Below are positions 8,959 to 19,286 of a stretch of DNA of 64,000 nucleotides, piece by piece. Position numbers and translations under genes: made by a program. Within the stretch, counting starts at the first letter, position 1, and every line of letters starts with the position of its first letter. This stretch comes from Synechococcales cyanobacterium VAR_4_metabat_354 (lineage in GTDB: Bacteria > Cyanobacteriota > Cyanobacteriia > Cyanobacteriales > Chamaesiphonaceae), in the NCBI GenBank assembly GCA_031414775.1, contig JANOQI010000024.1:1-64000 (forward strand). Reading direction: 5' to 3'. The notes below the pieces were generated by a model, which searched no databases, was not told the origin of the DNA, and worked only from the letters and a program-made list of their open reading frames with translations.

Positions 8959-9360
8959 CTAGCCTCTCAATGAAAATGTGCTGATTGTTAATGGTGATTC
9001 TTCTAGCAGAAAAGAAAACTGTCTCATGGTGTCTGGCCAGATCCAGCGGATTTCATTGGATATTTTCTGATTCTTTTGAGCTAGTCTTTTATAAACAATT
9101 TTGTTAGGACACAAAATTTCTAGCCGAAAAACTACTTCGTTTTTGGCAACTTCTCTAAATAAAGAGTCGCTTAGAAGGGCTTTAGTGCCAGTACTGAACT
9201 GCTCATAAAAAAGCTTTAATCTACTACCAAAAGTTTCTTCATGATAAATTTCTTCTTGTTCTAACTGACTTAAATAATCTTCTTCTTCTGATTCGAAATA
9301 ATTCATGGACATGGCTGGTGACCGGATGTTTGGAGACAATGACTGTTGGCTATCAGTCAC
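8959..9360 (-). CDS. Hypothetical protein (acidic N-terminus)
   Basis: 133-aa ORF filling the gap downstream of the rhomboid gene on the same strand. Start codon uncertain. Confidence 0.65.
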   Translation of the reverse strand: MTDSQQSLSPNIRSPAMSMNYFESEEEDYLSQLEQEEIYHEETFGSRLKLFYEQFSTGTKALLSDSLFREVAKNEVVFRLEILCPNKIVYKRLAQKNQKISNEIRWIWPDTMRQFSFLLEESPLTISTFSLRG

Positions 9361-9455
9361 AGTAAACTACAGTCATTCTGACGGAGTTATGGAAAAATTA
9401 AATCCGACTTTTGTCTGATTTTGTTCAGCCAAACATCAACATTGTGTGCCAGCAA

Positions 9456-10016
9456 CTACTTTTGAGCAGCGAAGTTAGCAGCAATCGCCCCACCGATAAA
9501 CCCGAAAAGGTGTCCCTGCCAAGAAATTCCTGGCATTCCCGGAAATATACCAAAAATCACGGAACCGTAAGCTCCGAACACAAACAGCGACATGATGACC
9601 GAAGAGAGTTTGCGCTCAAAGAAGCCCCGAAATAGTAGATATCCTAAGTAGCCAAAGATAACGCCACTAGCTCCAACATGGACAGTATTGGCACCGCCAA
9701 ATAGCCAGGTTCCCAAGCCTCCTATCAACATACTAATGACAGTTACAACCAATAAGTCGCTGGTTTCCCAGAGCATGATCAGCCAACCGAGGGTAATGAA
9801 GGGCACGGTATTGGATATCAGGTGGGCAAAGTTGGCATGGAGCACAGGAGCAAAGATGATCCCCCGCAAGCCCACCAAGCTATGGGGAAATATCCCAAAG
9901 GTCTGGAGCTGATGGCGAAAAACAAAGGTGTCAGCGATCATTACCACCCACATGGTCACTACCATGGAACCCAAGATCCAAGCTTGGCTTTTTAGGGTTT
10001 GCGTAATTTCCTTCAT
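9456..10016 (-). CDS. Rhomboid family intramembrane serine protease
   Basis: HANFAHLISN, VGASGVIFG (catalytic Ser), SWQGHLFG (catalytic His), multiple TM helices. Confidence 0.95.
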   Translation of the reverse strand: MKEITQTLKSQAWILGSMVVTMWVVMIADTFVFRHQLQTFGIFPHSLVGLRGIIFAPVLHANFAHLISNTVPFITLGWLIMLWETSDLLVVTVISMLIGGLGTWLFGGANTVHVGASGVIFGYLGYLLFRGFFERKLSSVIMSLFVFGAYGSVIFGIFPGMPGISWQGHLFGFIGGAIAANFAAQK

Positions 10017-10083
10017 CGAAAACTCCCGAAAATTGAGTTACTAGATTTATATTCTACGAAATTTATTAGATAGATCGCTAAAA

Positions 10084-12084
10084 CTACTGTCTAGAGATAT
10101 CTTCGTGCTGTTCCTCAAAATTTCGGAAACCTGAGGAGAAATTACTGATTTCGATGGGCTGAAGCGCATCGGCTGGCTGAAAGTCAAAGACCCGAGAGTA
10201 AAAGTAGAACTCGCCCTCTAAAGCTGTTTTGATATTGGCAGCCTGCCGGAAACCATGCTGTTCACCGCTAAAGGGCACATAGGCCACAGCAACTCCCCGT
10301 TTTTGGAGCGCATCGACCATTTTGGTGGCTTGATTAGGTGGTACGACCGCGTCTTCTAAACCTTGGAAAAATATCGTAGGACAACTAAGCTTATCGGGGA
10401 AATTAATGGGAGATCTCGCTTGGTAGATCTTGGCTCCTCGGGGATAGGGGGCTACTAGTCGATCGAGATAACGAGATTCAAATTTGTGGGTATCCTCAGC
10501 CAATGCGGTGAGGTCACTGACTCCGTAGTGGCTGGCTCCGGCTTTAAAAACATCATGAAAGGTTAAGGCACACAGAGTGGTGTAACCACCAGCACTACCT
10601 CCCGAAATAGCCAACCGGTCGGCATCAGCTCGGCCTTGTTGGACTAAGTACTGGGCACCATCGATACAGTCTTGCACATCCAAAATTCCCCACTGGCCAT
10701 CGAGCTGGCGCATATATTCGCGACCGAACCCAGTACTGCCCCGATAGTTGACATCTAGGTAACCAAAGCCCCGACTAGTCCAATATTGAACACGCAGATT
10801 TAGCTGACTGGAAGTGGTGCCGGTGGGACCACCATGACTTTTTACTAATATTGGTGGTTTTTCAGCTGCTGGGGCTTGGTAATCGGGATTGGTGGGTGGA
10901 TAGTAAAAAGCATAGGCAATTTGCCGATCTGTAGTCGGAAAGGCTAGTACTTGTGGGTGAGAAAAATAGTGGGGATCGATCGATACTGGTGGTGCGGCCT
11001 GTAAAACCCTCAGACTAAGATGCTGTAAATTCAGCTCTACCATCGCGGCTGCTTGAGTAGGGGAAGCACCGATAAAAAAAGCACGGGCAGCGGTGACTTG
11101 TAGTTGGCTAATTTCGGTGTAAGGCTGCTCGATGGCGGTAATTTCGGCACTGTCAGGATCTAAGCTGGCCAAATGCCAGATACCGCCTTGAGTATAAGTA
11201 CAAATAATTTGTCGGTCGCTAGCAAAACCATAAGTCGATTGGCCAAATACCCATTGGGGCAATCCAAATTCGGCGCGAGTAGTCAATAGAGGTTCTATTT
11301 TGCCCTGCTGATAGCGGTAGAGGTTCCCCCAGCCAGTCCGATCAGAAACAAAGTGTAAAACTCCGGCTGGCGACCATTGAGGTTGAAAAATCGCCTCATT
11401 TTCTCCACCAGTAATAAACTGCACCGGTGCGAGGGAGCCATTAGCCTGAAAAGTAGCGACCATTAAGGCATTCCCATCCCACGGCATATTGGGATGATTC
11501 CAGCTGATCCAAGATAAATTTTTCCCGTCTGGACTAAGCCGTGGGGTGGCATAAAAGTCACTACCAGAGGCTAATATTATTAAATCTTGGGGATCATTAA
11601 GGTTGATGCTGACGATCGCATTGAATGGTTCCATCCCGATCGATCGATGGTCTTCATAAACACAGATCAGCCGTTGACGCTGGGCATCGATCACCGGCTC
11701 AGCATACCGGCGCAGCTTGGCCTGTTTTTGCTTGGGATTACTGACCACTGGCGAAGCTAACTGCACCGCTTGGCCAGGAAACTGCTTATAAATACATTGA
11801 TCGGCATCGTGACAGAAAAAAATCTGACCGGCATGAACCGTGTAAGCAGCGCCCCCATATTCATGTACACGACTACGGACATTGAAATTTGGCGGCGTTA
11901 GCTGCGTAATCTGCCCTTTCTGGTCACACCGCATGATCACTGATCGACCTTGTTCTGCGGCTCTGGATTCTAGCCAATAAGTATCGGTACCATCTAAAAC
12001 AACGCTGTCCAGCCGTAGACTCCCAGCTGTAACTAAGTCACTAGTGATCGGTGACTGCCAAGAACCATAAGGAGCAGTTGTCAT
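10084..12084 (-). CDS. S9 family peptidase (prolyl oligopeptidase / acylaminoacyl peptidase)
   Basis: APYGSWQSPI start, HGGPT, NYRGSTGFG, GGSAGG nucleophile, FQGLEDAVVP, GEQHGF. Confidence 0.95.
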   Translation of the reverse strand: MTTAPYGSWQSPITSDLVTAGSLRLDSVVLDGTDTYWLESRAAEQGRSVIMRCDQKGQITQLTPPNFNVRSRVHEYGGAAYTVHAGQIFFCHDADQCIYKQFPGQAVQLASPVVSNPKQKQAKLRRYAEPVIDAQRQRLICVYEDHRSIGMEPFNAIVSINLNDPQDLIILASGSDFYATPRLSPDGKNLSWISWNHPNMPWDGNALMVATFQANGSLAPVQFITGGENEAIFQPQWSPAGVLHFVSDRTGWGNLYRYQQGKIEPLLTTRAEFGLPQWVFGQSTYGFASDRQIICTYTQGGIWHLASLDPDSAEITAIEQPYTEISQLQVTAARAFFIGASPTQAAAMVELNLQHLSLRVLQAAPPVSIDPHYFSHPQVLAFPTTDRQIAYAFYYPPTNPDYQAPAAEKPPILVKSHGGPTGTTSSQLNLRVQYWTSRGFGYLDVNYRGSTGFGREYMRQLDGQWGILDVQDCIDGAQYLVQQGRADADRLAISGGSAGGYTTLCALTFHDVFKAGASHYGVSDLTALAEDTHKFESRYLDRLVAPYPRGAKIYQARSPINFPDKLSCPTIFFQGLEDAVVPPNQATKMVDALQKRGVAVAYVPFSGEQHGFRQAANIKTALEGEFYFYSRVFDFQPADALQPIEISNFSSGFRNFEEQHEDISRQ

Positions 12085-12280
12085 AGGTTTAGTACTGCAA
12101 TATGCAAAATTCCATGTTCAGAAATCAAGGTACCATGTAAGGGTGACGAGTATGACATGGTTTTCTGATCAAAGCTATAGTCTGCTCAGCGGTTTGCAGA
12201 GTGCTAGTTTCTAGATACCCCACCTCTTGGATTAACGCTGCACAAATCTGTACATTTTTAGCCTTGTCTCTTAATTCGAT

Positions 12281-13552
12281 ATGCTTAATCCCGATTTGGA
12301 TCAAGTTCAGTTATTACCTGAGGAATATGCTCGCTACTCTCGCCACCTAATTTTGCCAGAAGTCGGGTTGGATGGCCAAAAACGTCTCAAAGCCGCTAGT
12401 GTGCTGTGCGTTGGTACTGGTGGTTTGGGTTCGCCCTTACTCTTGTATTTGGCAGCGGCGGGTATTGGCCGCATCGGCATCGTCGATTTTGATATCGTCG
12501 ATCACTCCAACCTCCAACGTCAAATTATTCATGGCACTTCTTGGGTGGGCAAGCCCAAAATCGAATCGGCCAAGAGCCGGATTTTGGAGATCAATCCCTA
12601 CTGTCAAGTAGATCTTTACGAAACTGCCCTCAGTGCCGAAAATGCCTTGGATATTCTCCGTCCCTACGACGTGATTGTCGATGGTACTGATAATTTTCCG
12701 ACCCGTTATTTGGTCAATGATGCCTGCGTCTTATTGGACAAGCCCAATGTCTATGGGTCGATCTTGCGCTTTGAAGGTCAGGCAACAGTTTTTAACTATA
12801 AAGGTGGTTGGCAGCGCACGGCAGCTTGGGATCAGGCCAATGCCGAGGAACGCGCCAAGTTACGTAAAAATGGCGAGGACTGGTTCTATGACAATGAAAT
12901 GCCTGCTCCCAACTATCGCGATCTCTATCCCGATCCGCCACCACCAGGGATGGTACCATCCTGTGCGGAGGGTGGTGTTTTAGGAATTCTGTGCGGCATT
13001 ATTGGGGTGATTCAGGCCACGGAAACGGTCAAAATTATTTTGGGTCAAGGTCGATCGCTCAGTGGCAGATTGATGCTTTATAACGCTTTGGATATGAGTT
13101 TCCGGGAACTGAAACTGCGCCCTGATCCCCAGCGACCAGTGATTGAAAAATTAATTGATTATCAAGAATTTTGCGGAATTCCCCAAGCTAAAGCTGCGGA
13201 AGCAGCGGAGATGAGTGCTTTGGATGAAATGACGGTGACTGAACTGAAACAGCTGATGGACAGAGGTGCCCAGGATTATGTACTGATTGATGTACGTAAC
13301 CCTAATGAGTATGATATTGCCAAGATTCCGGGCGCGGTGTTGATTCCGTTACCAGATATCGAACAGGGTGATGGGATCGATCGAGTGAAGGCTGCTACCG
13401 GCGACAAGAAGTTGATTGTGCATTGTAAGATGGGCGGTCGATCGGCTAAGGCGCTGGGTCTTTTGAAGGAGGCTGGCTTGGTTGGTACTAATGTTAAAGG
13501 TGGTATTCAAGCTTGGAGCAGAGAAGTGGATTCTTCGGTATTAGAATACTAA
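12281..13552 (+). CDS. moeB: Molybdopterin-synthase adenylyltransferase MoeB/MoeZ with C-terminal rhodanese domain (contains a 33-aa insertion)
   Basis: RYSRHLIL, VGTGGLGSP, SNLQRQ, DGTDNF, PSCAEGGVLG, rhodanese CKMGGRS. Confidence 0.95.
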   Translation: MLNPDLDQVQLLPEEYARYSRHLILPEVGLDGQKRLKAASVLCVGTGGLGSPLLLYLAAAGIGRIGIVDFDIVDHSNLQRQIIHGTSWVGKPKIESAKSRILEINPYCQVDLYETALSAENALDILRPYDVIVDGTDNFPTRYLVNDACVLLDKPNVYGSILRFEGQATVFNYKGGWQRTAAWDQANAEERAKLRKNGEDWFYDNEMPAPNYRDLYPDPPPPGMVPSCAEGGVLGILCGIIGVIQATETVKIILGQGRSLSGRLMLYNALDMSFRELKLRPDPQRPVIEKLIDYQEFCGIPQAKAAEAAEMSALDEMTVTELKQLMDRGAQDYVLIDVRNPNEYDIAKIPGAVLIPLPDIEQGDGIDRVKAATGDKKLIVHCKMGGRSAKALGLLKEAGLVGTNVKGGIQAWSREVDSSVLEY

Positions 13553-13575
13553 TATCGTGGTGACCACCATTTAAT

Positions 13576-13613
13576 AATTTAGGGCAGTTGAAAATCCTCA
13601 ACTGCCCTAAATT
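13576..13613 (+). terminator. Intrinsic terminator after moeB
   Basis: AATTTAGGGCAGTTGA...TCAACTGCCCTAAATT, a 16-bp stem. Confidence 0.7.
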
Positions 13614-13730
13614 TTAAGCCTTACGGCAGACTGAAAGTTACCAATAAATCATTGATATGCCAGTTAGTCACCATTAAACTGAGACTTATGGAGAAAATCA
13701 TGCAAAAACTGCCTCTAGCACCAACCCAAC

Positions 13731-15215
13731 ATGGCATTTAATACTGAGTTTGCCTTACTAATCCGTGCTCGCTACCCCCTGATCTACATTCCTACCGCCG
13801 AGGAAGAACGAGTCGAAACGGCGATTGCTCAAGTCGGCCAGCAACTGGAAAATCGCCCAATTTATGCCTGGGACTTTGTAGATGGCTACCAAGGCAACCC
13901 TAACGATCAAGGATTTGGCAAACGCAATCCCGTCCAAGCTCTCGAATTCATCGACAAATTATCATCTAGCAACCCCGGCATCTTTGTACTACGCGACTAC
14001 CACCGCTTCCTAGAAGATGTTTCTGTGGCACGCAAACTCCGCAACCTAGCGCGCAAATTCAAAGCCGAACCCAAAAATATTGTGATGATTGCCCCCCAAG
14101 TCAGCATCCCCAGCGACTTGAGCGAAATTATTACCGTCTTAGAATTTCCGTTGCCTAGCGCTCCAGAGCTAAAAGCGGAGATCGATCGACTACTCCAAGC
14201 TACCAACCAAAAACTTGAAACTAAAGTCATCGATGAATTAGTCCGCGCCAGTCAGGGTTTATCGCTAGAGAGAGTGCGGCGAGTTTGTGGTCGGGCGATC
14301 GCCGCCCACGGAGCCATCCAAGAATCTGATTTAGAACTAATCTTAGAAGAAAAACGCCAATCCATCCGCCAAACCCAAATTTTAGATTTCTATCCCGCCC
14401 AAGCCCAGATGACCGACATCGGTGGTCTCGATAACCTGAAAGAGTGGTTAGTTAGACGCGGCAGTGGTTTTTCGGAAAAAGCCCGTCAGTATGGTTTGCC
14501 CCATCCCCGTGGTCTACTGTTGGTTGGCATTCAGGGCACAGGTAAATCTCTCACCGCCAAGGCGATCGCTCATCACTGGCATTTACCCCTCCTCCGCTTA
14601 GATGTTGGTCGTCTCTTTGCCGGACTGGTTGGTGAATCGGAAGCCCGCACTCGCCAAATGATTCAGCTGGCCGAAGCCCTATCCCCCTGCATCTTGTGGA
14701 TTGATGAAATCGATAAAGCCTTTGGTGGCATCGAAGGGAAAGGCGATGCTGGTACCGCGAGCCGGGTGTTCGGCACCATGATTACCTGGCTAGCCGAAAA
14801 GACCTCCCCGGTTTTTGTGGTAGCTACGGCTAATAATATTCAATCCCTGCCGCCAGAGCTTTTACGCAAAGGGCGCTTTGATGAAATATTTTTTGTGGGA
14901 TTGCCCAGTCAAACTGAGCGGCGGGCGATCTTTACCGTCCATATTGGCAAACTGCGTCCCCAGAGTATCGGTCAGTATGATTTAGACAGATTAGCTTACG
15001 AAACGCCCGATTTTTCGGGAGCTGAAATTGAGCAAATTCTGGTAGAAGCTATGCATATTGGCTTTAGTCAAAGCCGGGACTTTACCACAGATGATATTCT
15101 AGAAGCTGCTAGCCAAACTATTCCGTTAGCAGTTACGGCTCAAGAACAAATTGCCTTCCTTCAAGAGTGGGCTAGTTCTGGCAAAGCCAGGTTAGCTTCT
15201 CGGCAGTTGGGATAA
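13731..15215 (+). CDS. ycf46: AAA+ ATPase, Ycf46 family
   Basis: LIRARYPLIYI, IGGLDNLKEWL, Walker A GIQGTGKS, Walker B LWIDEIDK, LLRKGRFDEIFF. Confidence 0.93.
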   Translation: MAFNTEFALLIRARYPLIYIPTAEEERVETAIAQVGQQLENRPIYAWDFVDGYQGNPNDQGFGKRNPVQALEFIDKLSSSNPGIFVLRDYHRFLEDVSVARKLRNLARKFKAEPKNIVMIAPQVSIPSDLSEIITVLEFPLPSAPELKAEIDRLLQATNQKLETKVIDELVRASQGLSLERVRRVCGRAIAAHGAIQESDLELILEEKRQSIRQTQILDFYPAQAQMTDIGGLDNLKEWLVRRGSGFSEKARQYGLPHPRGLLLVGIQGTGKSLTAKAIAHHWHLPLLRLDVGRLFAGLVGESEARTRQMIQLAEALSPCILWIDEIDKAFGGIEGKGDAGTASRVFGTMITWLAEKTSPVFVVATANNIQSLPPELLRKGRFDEIFFVGLPSQTERRAIFTVHIGKLRPQSIGQYDLDRLAYETPDFSGAEIEQILVEAMHIGFSQSRDFTTDDILEAASQTIPLAVTAQEQIAFLQEWASSGKARLASRQLG

Positions 15216-15263
15216 TATAAAATTTAAGTTGCTTTACCTATTAACTAAATTAACTACATTTAC

Positions 15264-15731
15264 ATGCTGAACGCGATTAAAGTTTTCTTGGGTATCATAT
15301 TGGGTTTTATTACCCTTGGTGTTTTGGGCGGTAGTGCTGTGTATTATTTTATGATTACTAATCTCAGTGCCAAGCCCTCTAAACCAGCCTTTGCCGAAGA
15401 GCGCAATCCGAAAAAAGCTGTAAAACCAGCTCCCAAAAAATCACCAGCGATACCAACTCCAGCACCAGAAGTAGCTAAAGAAGAAAAAAAAGAGGAAAAG
15501 GCTATCCCACCAGGAGCTTATGGTGCAACTGTCATGTGGGAAACCGGAGTGTCTTTACGCCAGGAAGCATCGGACAGTAGCGCCAAAACCGGTGGTGTCG
15601 GATTTAGAGAAAAAATCATTGTCCTGAAAGAAAATGCCGACAAAAGCTGGGTGCAAGTCCGCAATTCTGATGGCACCGCTGAGGGCTGGTTGAAAGCTGG
15701 CAATGTGGAACGGGATGCTGCTGCTAACTAG
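15264..15731 (+). CDS. Membrane-anchored bacterial SH3 domain protein
   Basis: N-terminal TM helix, Pro/Lys linker, GVSLRQE...WVQVR...EGWLKAGNV SH3b pattern. Confidence 0.85.
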   Translation: MLNAIKVFLGIILGFITLGVLGGSAVYYFMITNLSAKPSKPAFAEERNPKKAVKPAPKKSPAIPTPAPEVAKEEKKEEKAIPPGAYGATVMWETGVSLRQEASDSSAKTGGVGFREKIIVLKENADKSWVQVRNSDGTAEGWLKAGNVERDAAAN

Positions 15732-15737
15732 TTGTTT

Positions 15738-16193
15738 TTAGATGGGCAAAATCGACCGCTGGCAAGTTGGGCAAACAGCATGAATGGTCATCTGACAATC
15801 CAGCAAATGATAGCCCTCTTTCTTGGCAGTTTTATCGCCAATTTTCAAAATGGAATCATTCTTAAATTCGACCATTTGGTTGCAACGAGTACAAATGAGG
15901 TGGTGATGGTGATAAGGAGCTGGTTGATTGATTTCGTAATGCTTGTGGCCTTCAGCCAGCTCTAGCTCGCGCAAAATTCCCATCCGGGACATCAGCTTAA
16001 CCGTCCGATAAATAGTTGACAAACTGATGTTGTGGCCTTCGCCAGATAAAACTTCTTGCAAATCTTCGGCGCTCAAGTGTTTGCCGCTGGCCAGATTTTG
16101 AAAGATGTCCAGGATAATTTCTCTTTGGGGAGTAAGCCGCCAGCCTTTTTCATGAAGTTCGGCCTTCAAAGAATCTGCTGTGTAAAGGGACAT
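15738..16193 (-). CDS. furA: Ferric uptake regulator (FurA)
   Basis: GWRLTPQRE, HLSAEDL, ISLSTIYRT, HHHHLICTRC, C-terminal CPTC. Confidence 0.95.
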   Translation of the reverse strand: MSLYTADSLKAELHEKGWRLTPQREIILDIFQNLASGKHLSAEDLQEVLSGEGHNISLSTIYRTVKLMSRMGILRELELAEGHKHYEINQPAPYHHHHLICTRCNQMVEFKNDSILKIGDKTAKKEGYHLLDCQMTIHAVCPTCQRSILPI

Positions 16194-16325
16194 AATTAAG
16201 CCCTCTTGATATAAGTTTTTATTTACTAACTAAGAATAGCTTAATTGTCAGTTCATTTGCAACAAGGATAGTTTATTGAGAATAATCAGCATTAAGATGT
16301 AAGGCACTGAGAATATAAATCAGTA

Positions 16326-18563
16326 TTAATTCTCGTCATGGAATGTTTTGAAGCCTTGCTCAGTAGTCCATTGCACTGCGCCATCCCGACCAGTGACAAA
16401 AACTTTGGTACCCATTGCTTCCAGTTTTTGGATAGTTTCCGCGTCGGGATTGGTGGTGGAAGCGATCGCCACTTGGGGACGGATTATTTTTACGAATTCA
16501 TTGGTCAATTTGCCTCCTGGCCAGTAAATACTTTCTACTGGTTGCAGTTGAGGGGCTAGCTCCCGTTGTTGATCGATCGGAAGATTACCAATAATTAACC
16601 AATGCTGTTGAGCAATATCTAGGGCTAGCAAGGGCGGCTGGGCATTCCAGAGCTTGGTGACACAGTTGCCTAGTTCCATCCGCTCAGTACTTAAGACTAG
16701 CGAATTTCGGAAATTGGGGGCTGAGTTAGTACTGCTGGCTGAAGTATAGAATTTATCGATCGATACCGAGCTACTAATGGTTTGCCACCCCTGATTGACT
16801 GGGCGATTTTGATAGAGACCGATCGCTTGGTGCAGTTCATTAATCGCTTCATGGGTCAAAAAGGGCAGTACCGTAAACCGGGCAGTCTCGTTATTACCAC
16901 CATTAATGAGCGTGGCTTGATAATGATTTTGGACAACTAATACTTGATCTTCCCCGCTGGCCAACGCCGTAATTTTCAGCTCTTGATTTTTGGTGACCCA
17001 CAGGGGCACCATAATGGCAACAATCGCCACCAGCAGTGCCAGGTACCAACGCTTTTGCCAGAACGGTAGCAGCCAAACTAGCACAATCAAACCATAGAGA
17101 AAAATTAGTTGCAACAGCGCAATACTGCCCACCGACATATTTGCCCCTGGTAAGGTAGCAATAACACGCACCATCCCGATGAGCAGTTGGGTGGGATAAA
17201 GCAATAACCAGGCGATTGCACTGCCCAAAGGCGGCAGAATAGCACTAATGACCGCACTAATCATGCCACCAATACTAATAATGGCGACTAGTGGACTGCT
17301 AATAATGTTGGCTGGCAAAGCATACAGAGGTAAAACTTTGAAATTCCAGAGCTGAATTGGCATTGTCCAAATCGTAGCGGCTAAGGGCACTGCTACTAAT
17401 TCAGCGATCGTGGGGGGCAACCAGTCGAGTTTTTGTTGAATAGGGGTGGCACTAACCACTAAACCCAGAGTAGCTAAGAAGCTCAGTTGAAAACCCACAT
17501 CCCAAATCCAGATTGGGTTCAAGAGCAGCAGCAAGACCCCGGCCAGCAACAAAGAATTTAAAGGCCGCAGCTGCTGACCAATCAATAAACTTAGTAATAC
17601 AGCGCCACCCATCACCGCCGCCCGCACGATCGAAGGCTGAAAACCAGTCAAGCTGACAAATAAGCCGATCGCCAATAATCCCAAACCAAACTGCCATTGT
17701 TTTGATAAAAACCTTTGGGTAATATTAATGACAACACTGACAATCAGTGAAACCTGAAACCCTGAAGCCGCAAGGGTATGAGCGAGACCGACTCGCACAA
17801 ACCAATCTTTGATGTCGAAAGGCAAATCAACCACATCGCCACCGAGGGACATGGCACTAACCAAAGGACCAGCGGGAATATCAAGCCATTTTACTTGTGC
17901 CTGCACAATCCGCTGCCGGAGAGTACCGATGTCCCAGCGGCGAATTTGGTTTTCATCGGGCAAAATCAGTTGCGCCACTCTCATCCCGGCCCAGCTGCCC
18001 GAGCGAGCCAAATAATCGCTAAAATTCAAACCGCCGGGATTGAGAGAAGGCTTGGGCTTATACAGAGTGCCAGTGAGCAGTACTTCTACTCCGGGCTTCA
18101 GACCGGTAGTGCTGAGGAGGGGAGCAGTGACGTAGAGACGACCATTGACTTGTCTAATGCTGGCCGGACCAGGAGCATCACCTTGAATATCGGTCAACTG
18201 ATTGACTTGCAACCAAAACTGCGATCGATTGGTACGAGTGACTTTTGGGTAACTATCGACGACTCCTTTGACCGATGAAAACTGGGATTGACCTTGGTCA
18301 TTGATGCTATTGATAAACCGACTAATATCTTGGCTACTGGGCTGGGGCAGTCGCAATTGGCAGTAAACAGCAGCACTAATCAGCACTGCTACCGTCGCTA
18401 TTGTCCAGTTGAGAGGCAAATTAATCCGTTTGCGGCGATCGCCAAAGTAGAGAGCGATCAACAACAAAAAGGCCAGCCCCCCGACCCACATGGGTTGGGG
18501 ACTAACCAGTAAGCCGACGATAAACGTTAGGCAGAGGAGTCCGATGCGCTGGGCATTGTCCAT
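16326..18563 (-). CDS. comEC: Competence protein ComEC/Rec2 (DNA uptake channel)
   Basis: OB-like domain with NPGG, GLAHTLAASGFQV, PSIVRAAVM, DVGFQLSFLAT, degenerate C-terminal beta-lactamase-like domain ending TGRDGAV. Confidence 0.93.
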   Translation of the reverse strand: MDNAQRIGLLCLTFIVGLLVSPQPMWVGGLAFLLLIALYFGDRRKRINLPLNWTIATVAVLISAAVYCQLRLPQPSSQDISRFINSINDQGQSQFSSVKGVVDSYPKVTRTNRSQFWLQVNQLTDIQGDAPGPASIRQVNGRLYVTAPLLSTTGLKPGVEVLLTGTLYKPKPSLNPGGLNFSDYLARSGSWAGMRVAQLILPDENQIRRWDIGTLRQRIVQAQVKWLDIPAGPLVSAMSLGGDVVDLPFDIKDWFVRVGLAHTLAASGFQVSLIVSVVINITQRFLSKQWQFGLGLLAIGLFVSLTGFQPSIVRAAVMGGAVLLSLLIGQQLRPLNSLLLAGVLLLLLNPIWIWDVGFQLSFLATLGLVVSATPIQQKLDWLPPTIAELVAVPLAATIWTMPIQLWNFKVLPLYALPANIISSPLVAIISIGGMISAVISAILPPLGSAIAWLLLYPTQLLIGMVRVIATLPGANMSVGSIALLQLIFLYGLIVLVWLLPFWQKRWYLALLVAIVAIMVPLWVTKNQELKITALASGEDQVLVVQNHYQATLINGGNNETARFTVLPFLTHEAINELHQAIGLYQNRPVNQGWQTISSSVSIDKFYTSASSTNSAPNFRNSLVLSTERMELGNCVTKLWNAQPPLLALDIAQQHWLIIGNLPIDQQRELAPQLQPVESIYWPGGKLTNEFVKIIRPQVAIASTTNPDAETIQKLEAMGTKVFVTGRDGAVQWTTEQGFKTFHDEN

Positions 18564-18652
18564 GCAGATTTGAATTTTTGCCAGAGATAGAATGCTTAAA
18601 TAACTCTATCTCAACTGGGCATAAATACTAATAAATGAACGAATAACCGAGA

Positions 18653-19141
18653 CTAAATCGATAAGCCTAGTTTGAGACCAGCGATCGCATGGACGATCAT
18701 TACCACCAAAATAAAGCTGCCGAAGTAAGCATGGGCTTTGCGTAGAGCTGGATTGTTACCGCCAAAACCAGTAAAAGAGATGGCGCCGTTCAGAAACAGC
18801 AGGCTCAGCATGGTCATGCCGGTAAGAAAGTGGGGACTTTCCATGATGGCGTGTTTTTGGATGACCAAGGATAGAATGCCGCCAGTGGCTCCGATCGCCA
18901 TAAAAGCAGCCATAGCACTAATAATTTTGCTGTGATCGGACTTGAGTTGGGCGGCGGCGATGGGGTCAGTGGCAGTCATTAAGCGCCCTTTCCAACCAGA
19001 ATAGATGCCGTAGCCGCCCATCCCGAACATGACAATGCTCATAAAGAAAGGGTGTCCCCAATGGGTGATTGGTTCGGGGAGGTTTAAATCTCGAAAAATG
19101 CTGGCTAGTGGTTCCAGTGCTTGTGCTAGTTGTTCGCCCAT
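18653..19141 (-). CDS. DUF4079 family membrane protein (cytochrome b561-like fold)
   Basis: PEPITHWGHP, ESPHFLTG, AHAYFG, 4 TM helices with conserved His. ATG at 19141 preferred to TTG at 19168. Confidence 0.8.
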   Translation of the reverse strand: MGEQLAQALEPLASIFRDLNLPEPITHWGHPFFMSIVMFGMGGYGIYSGWKGRLMTATDPIAAAQLKSDHSKIISAMAAFMAIGATGGILSLVIQKHAIMESPHFLTGMTMLSLLFLNGAISFTGFGGNNPALRKAHAYFGSFILVVMIVHAIAGLKLGLSI

Positions 19142-19286
19142 CGTGTCATAGTCCAAAAATCGTTGCAATTGTCAATTTTAGGCGATTTCAGAGTTTTTGA
19201 GTTAAACAACATTACCTGGTTAGATTGTCCAAAAATTTCTAGAACATTGAGTATTTATACTTAATGAGGATTTAGATCTCACAAGA

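Noticed and set aside
12809..12907. Intein or intron in moeB
   Set aside because: The insert is only 33 aa and in frame, with no N-terminal Cys/Ser or C-terminal His-Asn and no intron-like structure.
16200..16300. Autoregulatory Fur box upstream of furA (ATTGAGAATAAT)
   Set aside because: Only a half-site-like AT-rich match, too degenerate to support from the sequence alone.
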